From the NCBI GenBank assembly GCA_052327205.1, contig CM126209.1, positions 229,400,001 to 229,464,000 on the forward strand: a stretch of DNA of 64,000 nt, written 5' to 3'. Below the pieces are notes generated by a model that was not told the origin of the DNA, did no database searches, and saw nothing but the letters and a program-made list of their open reading frames with translations. Shown here one piece after another: positions 11,738-23,742 of this stretch. This stretch comes from Somniosus microcephalus. Taxonomy: Eukaryota. The position numbers and the translations under genes are program-made. How positions within the stretch are numbered: the stretch's first letter is position 1; each line of letters starts with the position of its first letter.

Positions 11738-13789
11738 TTAAAGGTGTTTTCATTTTGTTGAGCGTGTATTTGGCTCAATAATACTTGAGCTTGGTTTATG
11801 CAGCATAAAATTACTAATCACAATTATCAAATCCAATGTCATCACTGTATGAGGCAAATATTATGAACAACTTAAATATGATAAACACGATGTTCAGGAC
11901 ATGAATGCTACCCGGTGAGTTTTCTTTTCGCTGATCAGCTATCTCCAATTCCAGTTCCTTAGAGCTCTATAGCTTGGAAATGCATACAAATCAGCCGAGT
12001 CCATTCTTTTTAGAAACACAGATCAATAAAATCATTTCCGTCCTTTAATAAAATTTCTGATGTATTTGCGGCAGTTTACTCTTATCACTTAGGCTGCTAA
12101 ACCATCAAATCTCATACTTTAAGAAGGCTTGCGCAGAATTCCCTGGAGAGAAGACACAGCTTTTGGATTTATACTAGGTTTTCAATTTCGATTTAGCTGA
12201 ATCAGTTGCTCTCGTATTGATCAACGTCATGCAGAGTGCAACGCTGGAATGTATTAGTGAATTAATGCAGCACCTAAACACCAGAAACAAAACTAGTTCA
12301 TCCGTAATTCTATTCAAAAATTCGGAATGCAGGATTTTATAAAAATGAAGCACACATACACAGCAGCAATCACGTTTGGAGGACAGGCGGAGTGTTTTTG
12401 TACATGTGTCAAGATTAAAAGGATGTACTGACACAAGAGGGAGCTTCTGGGCAGACTCTGTTCCAAGAACAGCATTCACAGAAGAATCTGTCACAAGCTT
12501 TCTATTCTGTTCATTGCAGCAAGTTTGAGTGTAAACTTTATCAAAACTTTGTTCACCAATTTAATCCTCTTTTCTCGTCTCCTGTCTCAAAGAAAATGCA
12601 ATACAATCCTGGAGGACAATTTCACTCATAATAGCAGATCTCTGGTATCTCAACCAAATGGCCATTCTTTCAGAGACAGTGAGCTACTCCACAGGAAAGA
12701 CTGATTCTGTCCTCACTGGACATCCATTCACAGCATTTTCCAGTAAGGGCCAATGGGTAGCGATCAGGAAAGTCAACTCTGCCTGAAGTTTCTGCTCCTC
12801 AGTCCACGAACAATGGCACCAATCCTTGCAGCTTTACTGCTGCCCCAGCTGTGATCAGTTAGCTCAGCACATATATTTTGACCAGTTTGACCCACAGGTG
12901 AAATCTGGGGCCTTCCTAGTCTGTATGGCTCAGTGCCACACACAGTGGTGCAATTATTCACAGGGTGTAAAACGGGCAGCCGATCCGATGTGGTCAGTTC
13001 CCCACCAGGTCGGGCAGGTTAAAATTACCCTCAACACGTCTAGAAGGGAAATGCATCCCCTGTAGAAATTTCAAGATGTCCTCTTCTCAGATCTTTAGGG
13101 CATATTAAAATATGACACCAGATCGACAGGATAAAAGGTTCGGCCACTGACTTTAAATCGGCTGTGGAGCAAAAGGAGAGGAATTCCACTCACGGTGTTT
13201 TTTGTTGGTAGGTGTGAATAACCATATTCATTTGAAATTTCTATCAATCCAAATATAATAGAGAGTTATTGCTTCCAGTAAGGCTGCATTAACCTGAAAT
13301 ACAGCATCGGGTAGCTGAGTTGCTTTCTGCAGCTCAGTCTTGGTGAGCAGCAAGGTGGAGACTAAAACAATGCTGAGATTTCGAGCGCAATTTAAATAAT
13401 ACAATTATTCTACATAACAGGGTTCACAATAGTGCTAAATTTGAGTTACATAAAGGACAATAACGTGTTAGAGGCATGCTATATATAAGATAACACAGGT
13501 TGGATTGTGTGATGCAGCAGTAAAATATCAAAGGACTCAGATACTATATAAAAAAAACAAGCAGTTAATTCACAGTACAGTATATGAACACTACTGCTTT
13601 GAAAATAAATCTGTGCTGCTCTAAAATAATATATACGGGTAGAATTAATGAGTGTATTATGCTGTCAATAGATTTTTTTTTACCAGCACAGAGTGTGATA
13701 CTGGACAGTAATGCACTGGTGTCTCCTATAAGCAAATCAAATCATTAGAAATCAAATGCTGCTGTACTATGCAGCAAGAGAGAATAATA

Positions 13790-14030
13790 AAGACCTAGGA
13801 GTGTGTCACACAGAGGATAATAGACCTAGCAGTGTGTTTACACAGGAATAACACATAGCTAGTAGTGTGTTTGTACAGGAAAGCATGTAGCTAATAGTGT
13901 CCTTCTACAGGATAACACACAACTGGCATTATCTTTATGCGATAAAGCACACAGCTAGCAGTGCCTTAGCACAGGTTAACACATAGCTAGCAGTGTATTT
14001 ATACAGGATAACACGTAGCTAGCCGTGTGT
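13790..14030. repeat. Degenerate minisatellite, about 31-bp unit (agctagcagtgtgtttatacaggataacacat)
   Basis: Recurring ctagcagtgt...acaggataac units, about 7 copies. Confidence 0.7.
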
Positions 14031-14187
14031 TATAAGGAAGTAACCTATAAAGAAGTTAAAACGACAAAGGAAACCATAAAAACCATCTTGAAACAGTGAA
14101 GCACGTTACCAACACATTCTTTATGATATATAGAAAGAAAGAGTCATTTAATGCTGCTTAAACCAGATTTGTAGCAGAGATAAGTCC

Positions 14188-14441
14188 TGATGTAAGAAAA
14201 AGGAGACTTACCATCAAGTAACTTTAAAGTAAGCTTTAAGTAACTTATAAACACACTATATACAAGAGAGGTCTTTACCATGCCTCTGGTAGAAGCCTCT
14301 TACAATACTGAACAGACCAGTATTTATACCAGTCCAACAGGAAGTGACATATGACAGGAAGTGAGGTATGTACACAGTTCATAGTTCATAGTTCACAGGA
14401 AGTGATGACATAACTTCCCGGAAGTTATTATTTTTATCACA
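14188..14441 (-). repeat. 3' LTR of element A
   Basis: Near-identical to 18485-18745; TATAAATA at 14321-14328 on the minus strand. Confidence 0.95.
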
Positions 14442-14474
14442 TTCTTCCCTCCTGCAGGATTAGGAGGCTGTGGT

Positions 14475-17400
14475 CTACCTTTTGGTCCGCAGCCGCCGAA
14501 CAAGGAAGAGTCGCACCCGTTTGGATTCCCGTCGTAGAGGGTCGCTGGTCCGCTTACATGCGGTTGGCCATTGGTCAGAGTCTGTGTGGCCTGGATTGCC
14601 CTGTGAAGGGTCGGGGAGATCATGGCTTCGAGTACGAGCCCCAATAGGTTCAAAGTCGGACTGCCTCTGTTCAGAGGGAGGTGCAGAGCTGGTCTGTGGC
14701 GGATCAGTACTTTCATGCGCGGTACTGGGAGGGTCGCAACCTTGAGCACGGGGTTCTACCGGCACCAAGCTAGTTGGTGTCCGATCAGGATCCTGGAGAG
14801 GGGTACCCAATAGGTCCCAAGAGTTTCCTGGTGAAATGCCATCACCCGATGTCCCACTAGGTCCTGGTGGGCAGGGAGCCAGATCCCGTAATGATACGGT
14901 AGATTCTCGGCCGTCGGAATATCGTATGTTTGCATAGGTGGGGTTGGCATCGGTTAGTTCGACCTCATCTACAAGAGGGTCATTTTTAGACGTCCGAACG
15001 TATCTTCGGAGTAATACAGGTCCAGGAGTAGTTAGCCATGACGGGAGTGATGTCCCATGAGATGAGCGACGCTGGAATCCAAAGAACCGCTCATGAGGTG
15101 TAGTATTTGTGGCTGTAGAAAGCAGGGACCGTATAGAGTGCAATGCATCCGGAAGCACTGTTTCCCATTGCTGGTCTGGTAGGCCCCGAGATCTTAAAGC
15201 GAGACGTACGGAATTCCAGATGATACCGTTATACCTCTCTACCTGCCCATTTCCGATGGGATGGTATGGTGTTGTTTTGCTTGTAGCAATTCCCCGTTCT
15301 GAGAGGTAGTCCTTGAGTTCCCTCGACATAAAGGATGGACCCCGATCTGAGTGAATATAAGCCGGCATGCCACAGAGAGAAAATACCTGCTCAAGGCAGC
15401 AGATTACTGTGGACGCCAGCATATTGGAGCAGGGGAAGGCAAACGGAAAACGTGAATATTCGTCGATCATGGTGAGCAAATATGTGTTCCGAGTTGAAGA
15501 GGGCACTGGGCCCTTAAAATCGATGCTAAGTCGTTGCATCGGTTGGGTTGCATGTATGAGTATACCATCTGAGGGGCGGAAGAACTGAGGTTTTAATTCC
15601 GCACAAAGCCGGCATTCTGAGCATATTTTCTTTACATCTCCAGTGGAAAAAGGGAGATTCCGTGATCGTACGAAATGTAGCATGCGCGTAACGCCAGGAT
15701 GACACAAACCATTGTGGACATCCATGAGAGTGGAGGATGACATAGTGGAGCAGAATGCCCGTGTGAGGGTGTCCGGGGCCACATTCTCCTTGCCAGGCCG
15801 ATAGAGAATGGTATAACCAAAAGAGGCCAGTTCCATCCTCCAAAGTTGTATTTTATTATTCTTAATTTTGGTTCGTTTTCGATTATCGAGCATGAAGGCG
15901 ACTGATCATTGGTCCGTGATCAATGTAAAGTGCTGGCGAGCTAGAAAATGGTTCCACTTCCGTACTGCCTCTATGATGGCTGTGGCTTCTTTCTCAACCG
16001 GAGGATAATGTAGCTCGGCACCTTGTAAGGTCCTGGACATAAATGCTACAGGACGACCTTCCTGATTCAGAGTAGCCGAGATCGCCACCTCCGAGGCATC
16101 ACATTCAACCACGAAAGGGAGATTCTCATCAATGGAGTGAAGAGCCGCTTTCTCCAACTGTTTTTTGAGAAGGTTAAAGGCTGCAACAGCCGCTGTTCCC
16201 AGTGGAAATGATCTAGCATGCAGCAAGGGTTGGATTTCGTCCGAAAAATGAGGAATCCATTTAGCGTAGTATGCAAACAGACCGAGAGCCCGACGTAAAG
16301 AAGCCGGATTCTTAGGTGACGGGAGCTCTTGGAGCGGGCGAAGTCTTTCTGGGTCTGGCTTAATGATACCATTGCCTACGCAGTAGCCAAGGATGTTGAT
16401 GGTCGGTTGCGACTCAACAGATTTGGATTCATTCAGGGTCAAATTACGGCGATGGAGGGCATCCCGAAATTTTTGGAGGTTGGAGTCGTGTTCCTGTTGA
16501 TCGTGACCTGCAATGGTAATGTTATCAAGATAGGGAAAAGTGTCCCTTAGGTTTTCCTGCTTAACCAGGCCATCCATTGCCCGTTGAAAGACAGCCACTC
16601 CATTAGTAACCCCGAATGGGAGGCGACGAAATTGGTACAGCCGTCCATTAGCCTCAAAGGCTGTGTACTGCTTATCTGAGACCTTCAAGGGTAACTGATG
16701 ATAGGCACTTTTTAAATCGTAAGTTGAGAACACTTTGTATTCGGCCAGTTTATTAACCATATCATCAATGCGTGGCAATGGGTAGGCGTCCAAGTCGGTA
16801 TATTGATTGATGGTTTGCGAATAATCGATGCATAGTCGCTGTTTGTGAGGTTTTAGAGGGTTCTTGACAATGACGACTTGAGCCCGCCAGGGCGACGAAC
16901 ATGGTTCAATGATATCCTCTGCTAGAAGTCGAGAGATTTCAGCCGCAATAAAAGATTGGTCTTCCTGATTAAAGCGCCGCGATTTCGTTATTATCGGTTG
17001 GCATTGAGGCGGAATACTGGCAAATAATGAGGGTTCATCAAGTGAAGCTGCTGATAATGCACAAAATGGTAATTTAGATGGTATATTAGAAATAGTAAGT
17101 CCGGGTTTGGATCCACCAAACTCAATGGTGAGTTTCTTATGCTGTTTTTGGAAGTCCAGCCCTAAGAGGAGATCACTACATAAGTCTTTGAGCACCGAAA
17201 GTCGGGTGGAGGGATACATACGACCATGAAGTGTCATATCAACAACACAAAAGCCGGAGATTCTGGTATTAAGTGATGACTGGGCCATCGCAATTGCCTG
17301 GTCCGATGGGAAGACATGTAGTTTCAATTTCGCAACAATCTGTTCCTTAATGAAACTATCAGTACTTCCTGAGTCAATTAAGGCATCTAAGGTATGCCCT

Positions 17401-18401
17401 TTAATTGAAATTTTTGTGGCTGCCTGAGACAGGTTCTGTGGGCAAGCAGCTGTAATTGGTGTCGTTGCACAGAGAGTGGCTAAAACTCTCGGTGTGCTTC
17501 TTCGGGAGAGAGCTCGAGAGGAAGCTTGATAGGTCCTAGCTGGAGCATCTTGATAGGCCCTAATTGGGGCAGTTCGGTAGGCCTTAGCTGGATTGGCCCT
17601 CGTAGAGGCCCTTGATAGGCAAACTTTAGCAAAGTGTCCTTTTTTCCCGCAATAACTGCAGATTGCATTGCGAGCAGGGCAGGTTTTCCTAGGGTGAAAA
17701 GCATCTCCACAAAAGAAGCATTCCTTCCTAGATTGCCAAGAGGCTGCTAAAGTGGGGTCGTCCTCCTCTTCTTCATCAGAATTATCAGAATTAGATTCCC
17801 CCATGATAGGGTTCACCTGAGACCGCTTGAATTGTCTGGTTGCAGCTACAGCAGCAGATCGAGATCTGGGCAGCTGATAGAGGTCTGCATTTCTCTTTGC
17901 CAAATCCAGTGAACAAGCTAGGTCAAAAGCTTTTTGTAGCTCAAGTGTTTTACTTTCTAGTAGACGCTGGCGTATAAATGGAGAGGCAATCCCGCAGATG
18001 AAAGCATCACGAATCATTTCTTGGCGGTACAGCTCAGCTGAGGCTGCCTGAAAGTTACAATCTACGCTGAGCCTGCGAAGTTCTTGCAGGAATTCGTCAA
18101 TTGATTCCCCTGGCCCTTGTCGGGCTGTGGCCAGTAGATGTCTAGCATAGACCTCATTTGGGGTCTTCGCATACAGTTTCTTAAGTGCCCGAATCACCTC
18201 TTCGTAACTATCCCAGTCATCAACATATTCGAACACTTTTGGGGTCACATAATTGACAAGTATCTTCAATTTAGCAGGAGCATCCGCTTTACATTCATCC
18301 AGAAAATTCTCAAAAGTACGATACCAATGCTTCCATACCCTGCCAGCTGCTGGTGTATTCGGGTCCAAGTCCAGACGAATAGGTCTAAGGATTTTCTCCA
18401 T
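14475..18401 (-). pseudogene. Gag-Pol polyprotein of element A, single ORF broken by one in-frame TGA at 15906-15908
   Basis: CCHC knuckles (CFFCG..H...C, CSYCGKKGH...C), protease LIDSGS, RT YLDN, RNase H CDAS, integrase HHCC and D,D35E (IDFKGP, SDRG, VER); the two ORFs are in the same frame. Confidence 0.93.
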
Positions 18402-18484
18402 GATGGGTGGTTCCCTGGATCCTTAACTTCCGAGTTTGTCTGAAGGTCTAGTATTTGTCAGTGTAAATACTAAGTTACTTAAAT

Positions 18485-18745
18485 TGATGTAAGAAAAAGG
18501 AGACTTACCATCAAGTAACTTTAAAGTAAGCTTTAAGTAACTTATAAACACACTATATACAAGAGAGGTCTTTACCATGCCTCTGGTAGAAGCCTCTTAC
18601 AATACTGAACAGACCAGTATTTATACCAGTCCAACAGGAAGTGACATACGACAGGAAGTGAGGTATGTACACAGTTCATAGTTCATAGTTCATAGTTCAC
18701 AGGAAGTGATGACATAACTTCCCGGAAGTTATTATTTTTATCACA
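18485..18745 (-). repeat. 5' LTR of element A
   Basis: Near-identical to 14188-14441. Confidence 0.95.
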
Positions 18746-18769
18746 AGTCCGATTTGAAAGTTGTTTCAT

Positions 18770-19050
18770 TTCTTGTGCATCCCCGACTTCCTTTGCCCCA
18801 GCATGAATAGCCGGGCCTTCAGCTATCTAGGTCATAAGCTCTGGAATTCTCTCCCTAAACCTCTCCGCCTCTCTCTCCTCCTTTAAGACCCTCCTTAAAA
18901 GCTAGCTCTTTGGCCAAGCTTTTGGTCACCTGTCCTGTTGGTTCCTTCTTTGGCTCAGTGTCAATTCTTGTCTGATTGCGGTCCTGTGAAATGCCTTGCG
19001 ACTTTTTACTGCGATAAAGGCGCTATAAAAATGCAAGTCATTGTTGTCAT
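18770..19050 (+). mobile_element. L2-type LINE 3' fragment
   Basis: Encodes a RAFS...LWNSLP...FKTLLK-like C-terminus; tail homologous to 44670-45065. Confidence 0.7.
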
Positions 19051-20038
19051 TTGAAAAAGCAGTGAACTCACATGGTTGTTTGAATTGCAATGCGGTCAGA
19101 CCACATGATTCAAACGGCAGCAACATTGGGTTTTATTTCACTGAATATTACAGCTGATAACATGCCATGTGTCGATTCTAATTTGTTTAGCGTTACCCTG
19201 TTATATTTTGGTCATCGTGACAAAATTCTGCCACGTTCCTTGTGAAGTTGCTATTATCAGGGTTTTATTTTCTGTATTTCTTAGCACTTCATCACTCACC
19301 TTCACTGTGGACCTGGCTTCACTGTTCACAGCAGTCCACATACTGACGACTTGTGCTTGACATGTAACTTGACCTTTTATTGCCACAACCTGCCTCACTT
19401 CCAATGATTTTGATGTGGCACTGGCAAGGATGATTGATTAACTGAGGATGCACTTTATTGATTCAACGAAACCGGCCCCAAGATTGGCATTAAACAATGT
19501 CTAATGGGGGCCAGAAACACTCTTATCAATCCACCACAGCAACAGTACATGACTCAAAGTGCATTGACTGGCTCCACTAAAACAGAACTCTCCAAACTTT
19601 CAATTTTATAACTTTAAGTGCTAAAGAAAAAAAATCTGATTACAAACAATAAAAGCACGAGTGTTCCCAAGCATGAGAATAGCTGACAGGTCCTGGTGTG
19701 ACAGACCAATATTTCTTACAGTGACTGTATAAACATGATGATATCTGATGGGTATTGGTGTGATACAGGGACACTTTCTATAGTCAGTGTAAGAACTGGG
19801 TAGCTAATCAGTGCTAGTGTGATATGCTAACATTTTGGATATGCTGTACAGGTCGGTGTGATAATCGGATAATTTATGTAACGCACTCTCGGTCATTTCA
19901 ATAAACCCAATAGCCACCACAACCCTTAACTACAGTTAATTTGCACAGGCTACCAATGAAACATAAACTCTCTCCACTCCTTTAGCTTTAGTACTATATC
20001 AAAGGGGACAGAAAAGGACAAAGTCTATAATAAAGAGA

Positions 20039-21095
20039 GGGGGAGCTAAATTGGGACATGTAGTGCCCATTTTTTTAGGTGCTACACAGCCAACTAAGAC
20101 TCAAAAATGTGGTCCAAGATGCGTGCGCACCTAACAACTGCTGGCAACAGGCAGAGCAGCGAGATGATGACGTGAATCAGTGTGCAACGCTGATTTGAAG
20201 CCACCGCTGCCATTTTTCCAATTCCAGCTGATGCCCTGTCTTAACTTCGCATGGCTGAACACGATATTAAATGGAATGAATGAACTACCACCAGTGCTAT
20301 TGAAAGGGATCATTAAGTACTTACAAGTTAGTTACTGGTGGAATTGTATGTGTTTTTGGAGGTTTCCTATACTTGTCTCTCTTGCACGTTCAGCCATTCT
20401 TCAATATATTACAACACAGATTCCATTCACAAAAGACTCCCATCACTTTTTGCAGCCACAATGCACCTCCCCTTTAAGAGGTGCAGACTGCCTTTAACTA
20501 GCACTAGCCTCCTGCGATATCAGGTACCCTGCTGATGCATGCAGCCAATGAACAGCGCAGGTAACGTTGGCTGCACGCAGAAATCATGTAAAACATCAGG
20601 CAGAACCAATTTAACATGCTGCCTGCAACACAACGAATGGGCGCCAGTTAACAACAACAACTTGCCTTTATATCGCACCTTTAATATAGTAAACTGTCCC
20701 AAGGTGCTTCTCAGGAGCGTTACCAAACAAAATTTGACACCGAGCCACATAAGGAGATATCAGGACTGGTGACCAAAAGCTTGGTCAAAGAGGTAGGTTT
20801 TAAGGAGCATCTTAAAGGAGGAGAGGTAGAGAGGCGCAGATGTTTAGGGAGGGAATTCCAGAGCTCAGGGCCTAGGCAGCTGAAGGCACGACCACCAATG
20901 GTAGTGCGAACAAAATTGGGGATGTGCAAGAGGCTAGAATTGGAGGAGCGCAGAGATCTTGGAAGGTTGTAGGAGGTTACAGAGATAGGGAAGGATGAGG
21001 CCATGGAGAGATTTGAAAACAAGGATGAAAATTTAAAAATCGAGGCGTACCGCGGTCCCCACTCCCATTTTCGAGGGTTATCCAATTTAACCCCC
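20039..21095. mobile_element. Harbinger-type MITE containing an L2 fragment (about 20650-21045, minus)
   Basis: Ends gggggagctaaattgg / ccaatttaaccccc; nested IGGRAFSCLGPELWNSLP peptide and aacaacaac tail. Confidence 0.6.
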
Positions 21096-21209
21096 TAAAA
21101 TTTTAAGTGGAAGTAACTCTTTCTGACTGTGTTACTGACTAATCTGCTACTATTTGAGCTCCGTATACGGGAAGCATTTCTGCAGTGCCATTTTTTGCTG
21201 CCTTTTTAC

Positions 21210-21404
21210 CTTCCTCACAGTTCTCGCCTTTGTAGCCTGCAGAGCAGACACAGGTTCCCGTGGTGCAGGTCCCACGGCCTCCGCATGCAGGGTCAATGCA
21301 CTGGCTGACGGGTACATCACACTCGGCTCCCTTCCAGCCGCTGTAGCAGATGCAGTTCCCCTTGGAGTATTGACCGTTACCACTGCACAGTACAGGGCAA
21401 GCAG
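21210..21404 (-). CDS. TENM2: Teneurin (TENM2-like) coding exon, EGF repeats 2-3
   Basis: (A)[64 protein letters not shown]; polypyrimidine tract and ctccag| acceptor, GAAG|gtaaaa donor; 195 nt, phase 1 to 1. Confidence 0.94.
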
Positions 21405-22129
21405 CTGGAGAGACACAGACAAAGAAAAAAAAAGAGACAGACAGACAGACAAAGAGAGAACGAGAAAAATAAAAGCTGTTTTCTGTGGTAGCCATACACT
21501 TCTATCATAAAATCCATATATCTATGCTGTGAACTTACTTCCTAAAAATTTGAAATTCAAAATTAAGAGGATATAAAGAGGATCTAGTGTTTCTCATGTG
21601 ACGGGGTCATTTCCATGGGTTTATTTTTTGACATCTGGGGTAAGAATTCCTTTGACTGCTCTGTGCAGTGACATCTCAAATGTGCTTTTGTAGAGTTCCT
21701 CTGTTCTAGGAAACACTGTTTCTAATTTTGCTGGAAGTATCGAACAGAGGAAGACTTCACAAACACATTTACCACGTCGCTATGCATAGTGGATAGAGGA
21801 ATTCTTACCCCGTTGTGATCTCCTGTGAAGTCACAATAACTCTTTTGATTTTACAATAGTTTCCTCACAGTAACATAAAGCCGCTCTCAGTGTTTCCACA
21901 TACTTAAAAGTAACTGACATTTTTAAAGTGCGCTTACATTGTTCCTTCCGCATGTCACAGTCATTTTTCTCTTTTACTTTTGGTCTCCCTGGATGTCACA
22001 CCATCCCCCAAGAATGGATGGCATGCTCCAATACCTCAGATTTGGCGCTCTTGAAACAGCTCCTAAGTTAACATGATAACTTGCCCTACCCTATCTGGAG
22101 TAATGGAGTTGGCACTGAAACTCAGGAAA

Positions 22130-22600
22130 GATATACTGGCCTTGAAGCAGATTCACCAGAATGACACCAGGGCTTAAAGTGTTAAATTAAGAGGGAAGAT
22201 TGCATCAACTTTGCTTGTATTTCCTTGAGTTTAGTAGGATCTAATTGAGGTGCTTCAGGATTCGATAGGGTCGACACAGAGAAACTACTTCCTCTGGCGG
22301 AGGAATTTGAAACATTATGAGGCATCATCTTAAACTTAGAGCTAGGCCATTCAGAAGTGAAATCAGGAACCACCAGTGGAAATCAAGTATTCTCTCACCA
22401 AAAAGCCGTGGAAGCTGGGTCAATTGAAATGTTCAAGACCGAGATCGACGGATTTTTATTAGGCAAGGGCATCAAGGGAAATGGATCAAAGGTGGGTAAA
22501 ATGGAGTTGAGGTACAGATCATGCATGATCTTACTGAATGGCAGAACAGGCTCAAGGAGCTGAATGACCGACTGCTCTTACTATGTTTTATGTTCCTTTG
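22130..22600 (+). mobile_element. Degenerate CR1 3' fragment
   Basis: KAVEAGSIEMFKTEIDGFL and a CR1-type 3' UTR. Confidence 0.75.
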
Positions 22601-23118
22601 TACCTACCTCTACTCAGAACCTCCCCAGATTAGCAAATTGATGCATGGGCAGTTGTGGGCATGAATTTGAATTGTGTGTGTGCATTGCAAATATTGACAT
22701 TGCAATGGTCCCTTAGACTGCAATATAAAATGTGTTTATACTAGGAGTCATTTTCTATTGGGTACAGTAGTGTAGTGGTTATGATACTAGACTGGACAAT
22801 TGAGTCTGGAGAAAGACCATTAGTAAATTATGTTTGAAATCTCAGTACAATTGTGGTATTAATGCTTGAACATCAAGATCAGATTTCTTTTAATACATTG
22901 AGATTTCTTTACTACACAAAGCGGTCTTGTTTAAAATGTTTCTACATTTAGTACAATAATGAAGGGTTTTCAATACATTTTAAAGTGAAATTGGAGGAAA
23001 ATATTGAGAGGCAGCAGGGCGTGATATACGAAAGGTACAATGTAAGGGTACTTTTACTGAATTCCGGCACGTCATGAAAACTGACCCTATATTGGGAAAG
23101 GGCGGGGGAAAACACTAA

Positions 23119-23742
23119 GGGATCGATTTTAACAGGGATGGAAATCAGAGTGCGAGGGTAGAACCGGGCGGCAAACTGTCAGGCAGCCCAGAGCATCAGG
23201 CCAGAGCGATGTTAAATCCTGGGCCTCATTTGAATTTCTCAAAACTGACCCCTGGCCGAAGCCAGTGGGAATGATGTCAACGACAGCAGGCGGGAATGGA
23301 AAGTCACAGGGGATCAGGCCGCTCCTGGGAACCCATGGAATCATCAAGCTAAGTGAGCAAGGGGTGGGGGGAGTGAAATCAGGAATAATCAGAGGGAGGG
23401 AGGAAGGGCAGCCAAGGCAGGCAAGGCCCAAGGTATCCTCCTGGCCCACGAAGATTCTACATAACAAGTAATATTTTCCCTCCCTGGTTGAGGTGCTGGG
23501 GTTGGCCACGCGCAGACATAAGTTAAAATGCTGTCATGGCGCCAATGATGTCATCAGGCTGAGACGTGAATTAGGCCTGCGTCTGCCTGCAGCAGGAGCC
23601 TTGGCCGACTTCAAAGTCGGTGAAGATAAAACGTCGCCGGGCGGGAATGGTGCAATCTTGGATCGGTTTGTGGACTTGGGCAATGTGAACCCCTTCACTG
23701 TTGCCACTGAGGGGAGGGGGGAGGGGGTTTAAAATCAACCCC
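23119..23742. mobile_element. Harbinger-type MITE
   Basis: TIRs gggatcgattttaa / ttaaaatcaacccc; TSD TAA (23116-23118, 23743-23745). Confidence 0.8.

Larger units (their letters stand above)
14188..18745 (-). mobile_element. Full-length Ty3/Gypsy LTR retrotransposon (element A)
   Basis: LTRs 14188-14441 and 18485-18745 (TG...CA) differ by one substitution and one 7-bp repeat unit; 5-bp TSD AGTCC; PPT aggagggaagaa next to the 3' LTR; domain order gag-PR-RT-RNH-IN. Confidence 0.97.

Noticed and set aside
21139-21495. Full 118-aa ORF as a stand-alone gene with hydrophobic N-terminus
   Set aside because: The hydrophobic part is the translated polypyrimidine tract of the intron; only 21210-21404 is exon
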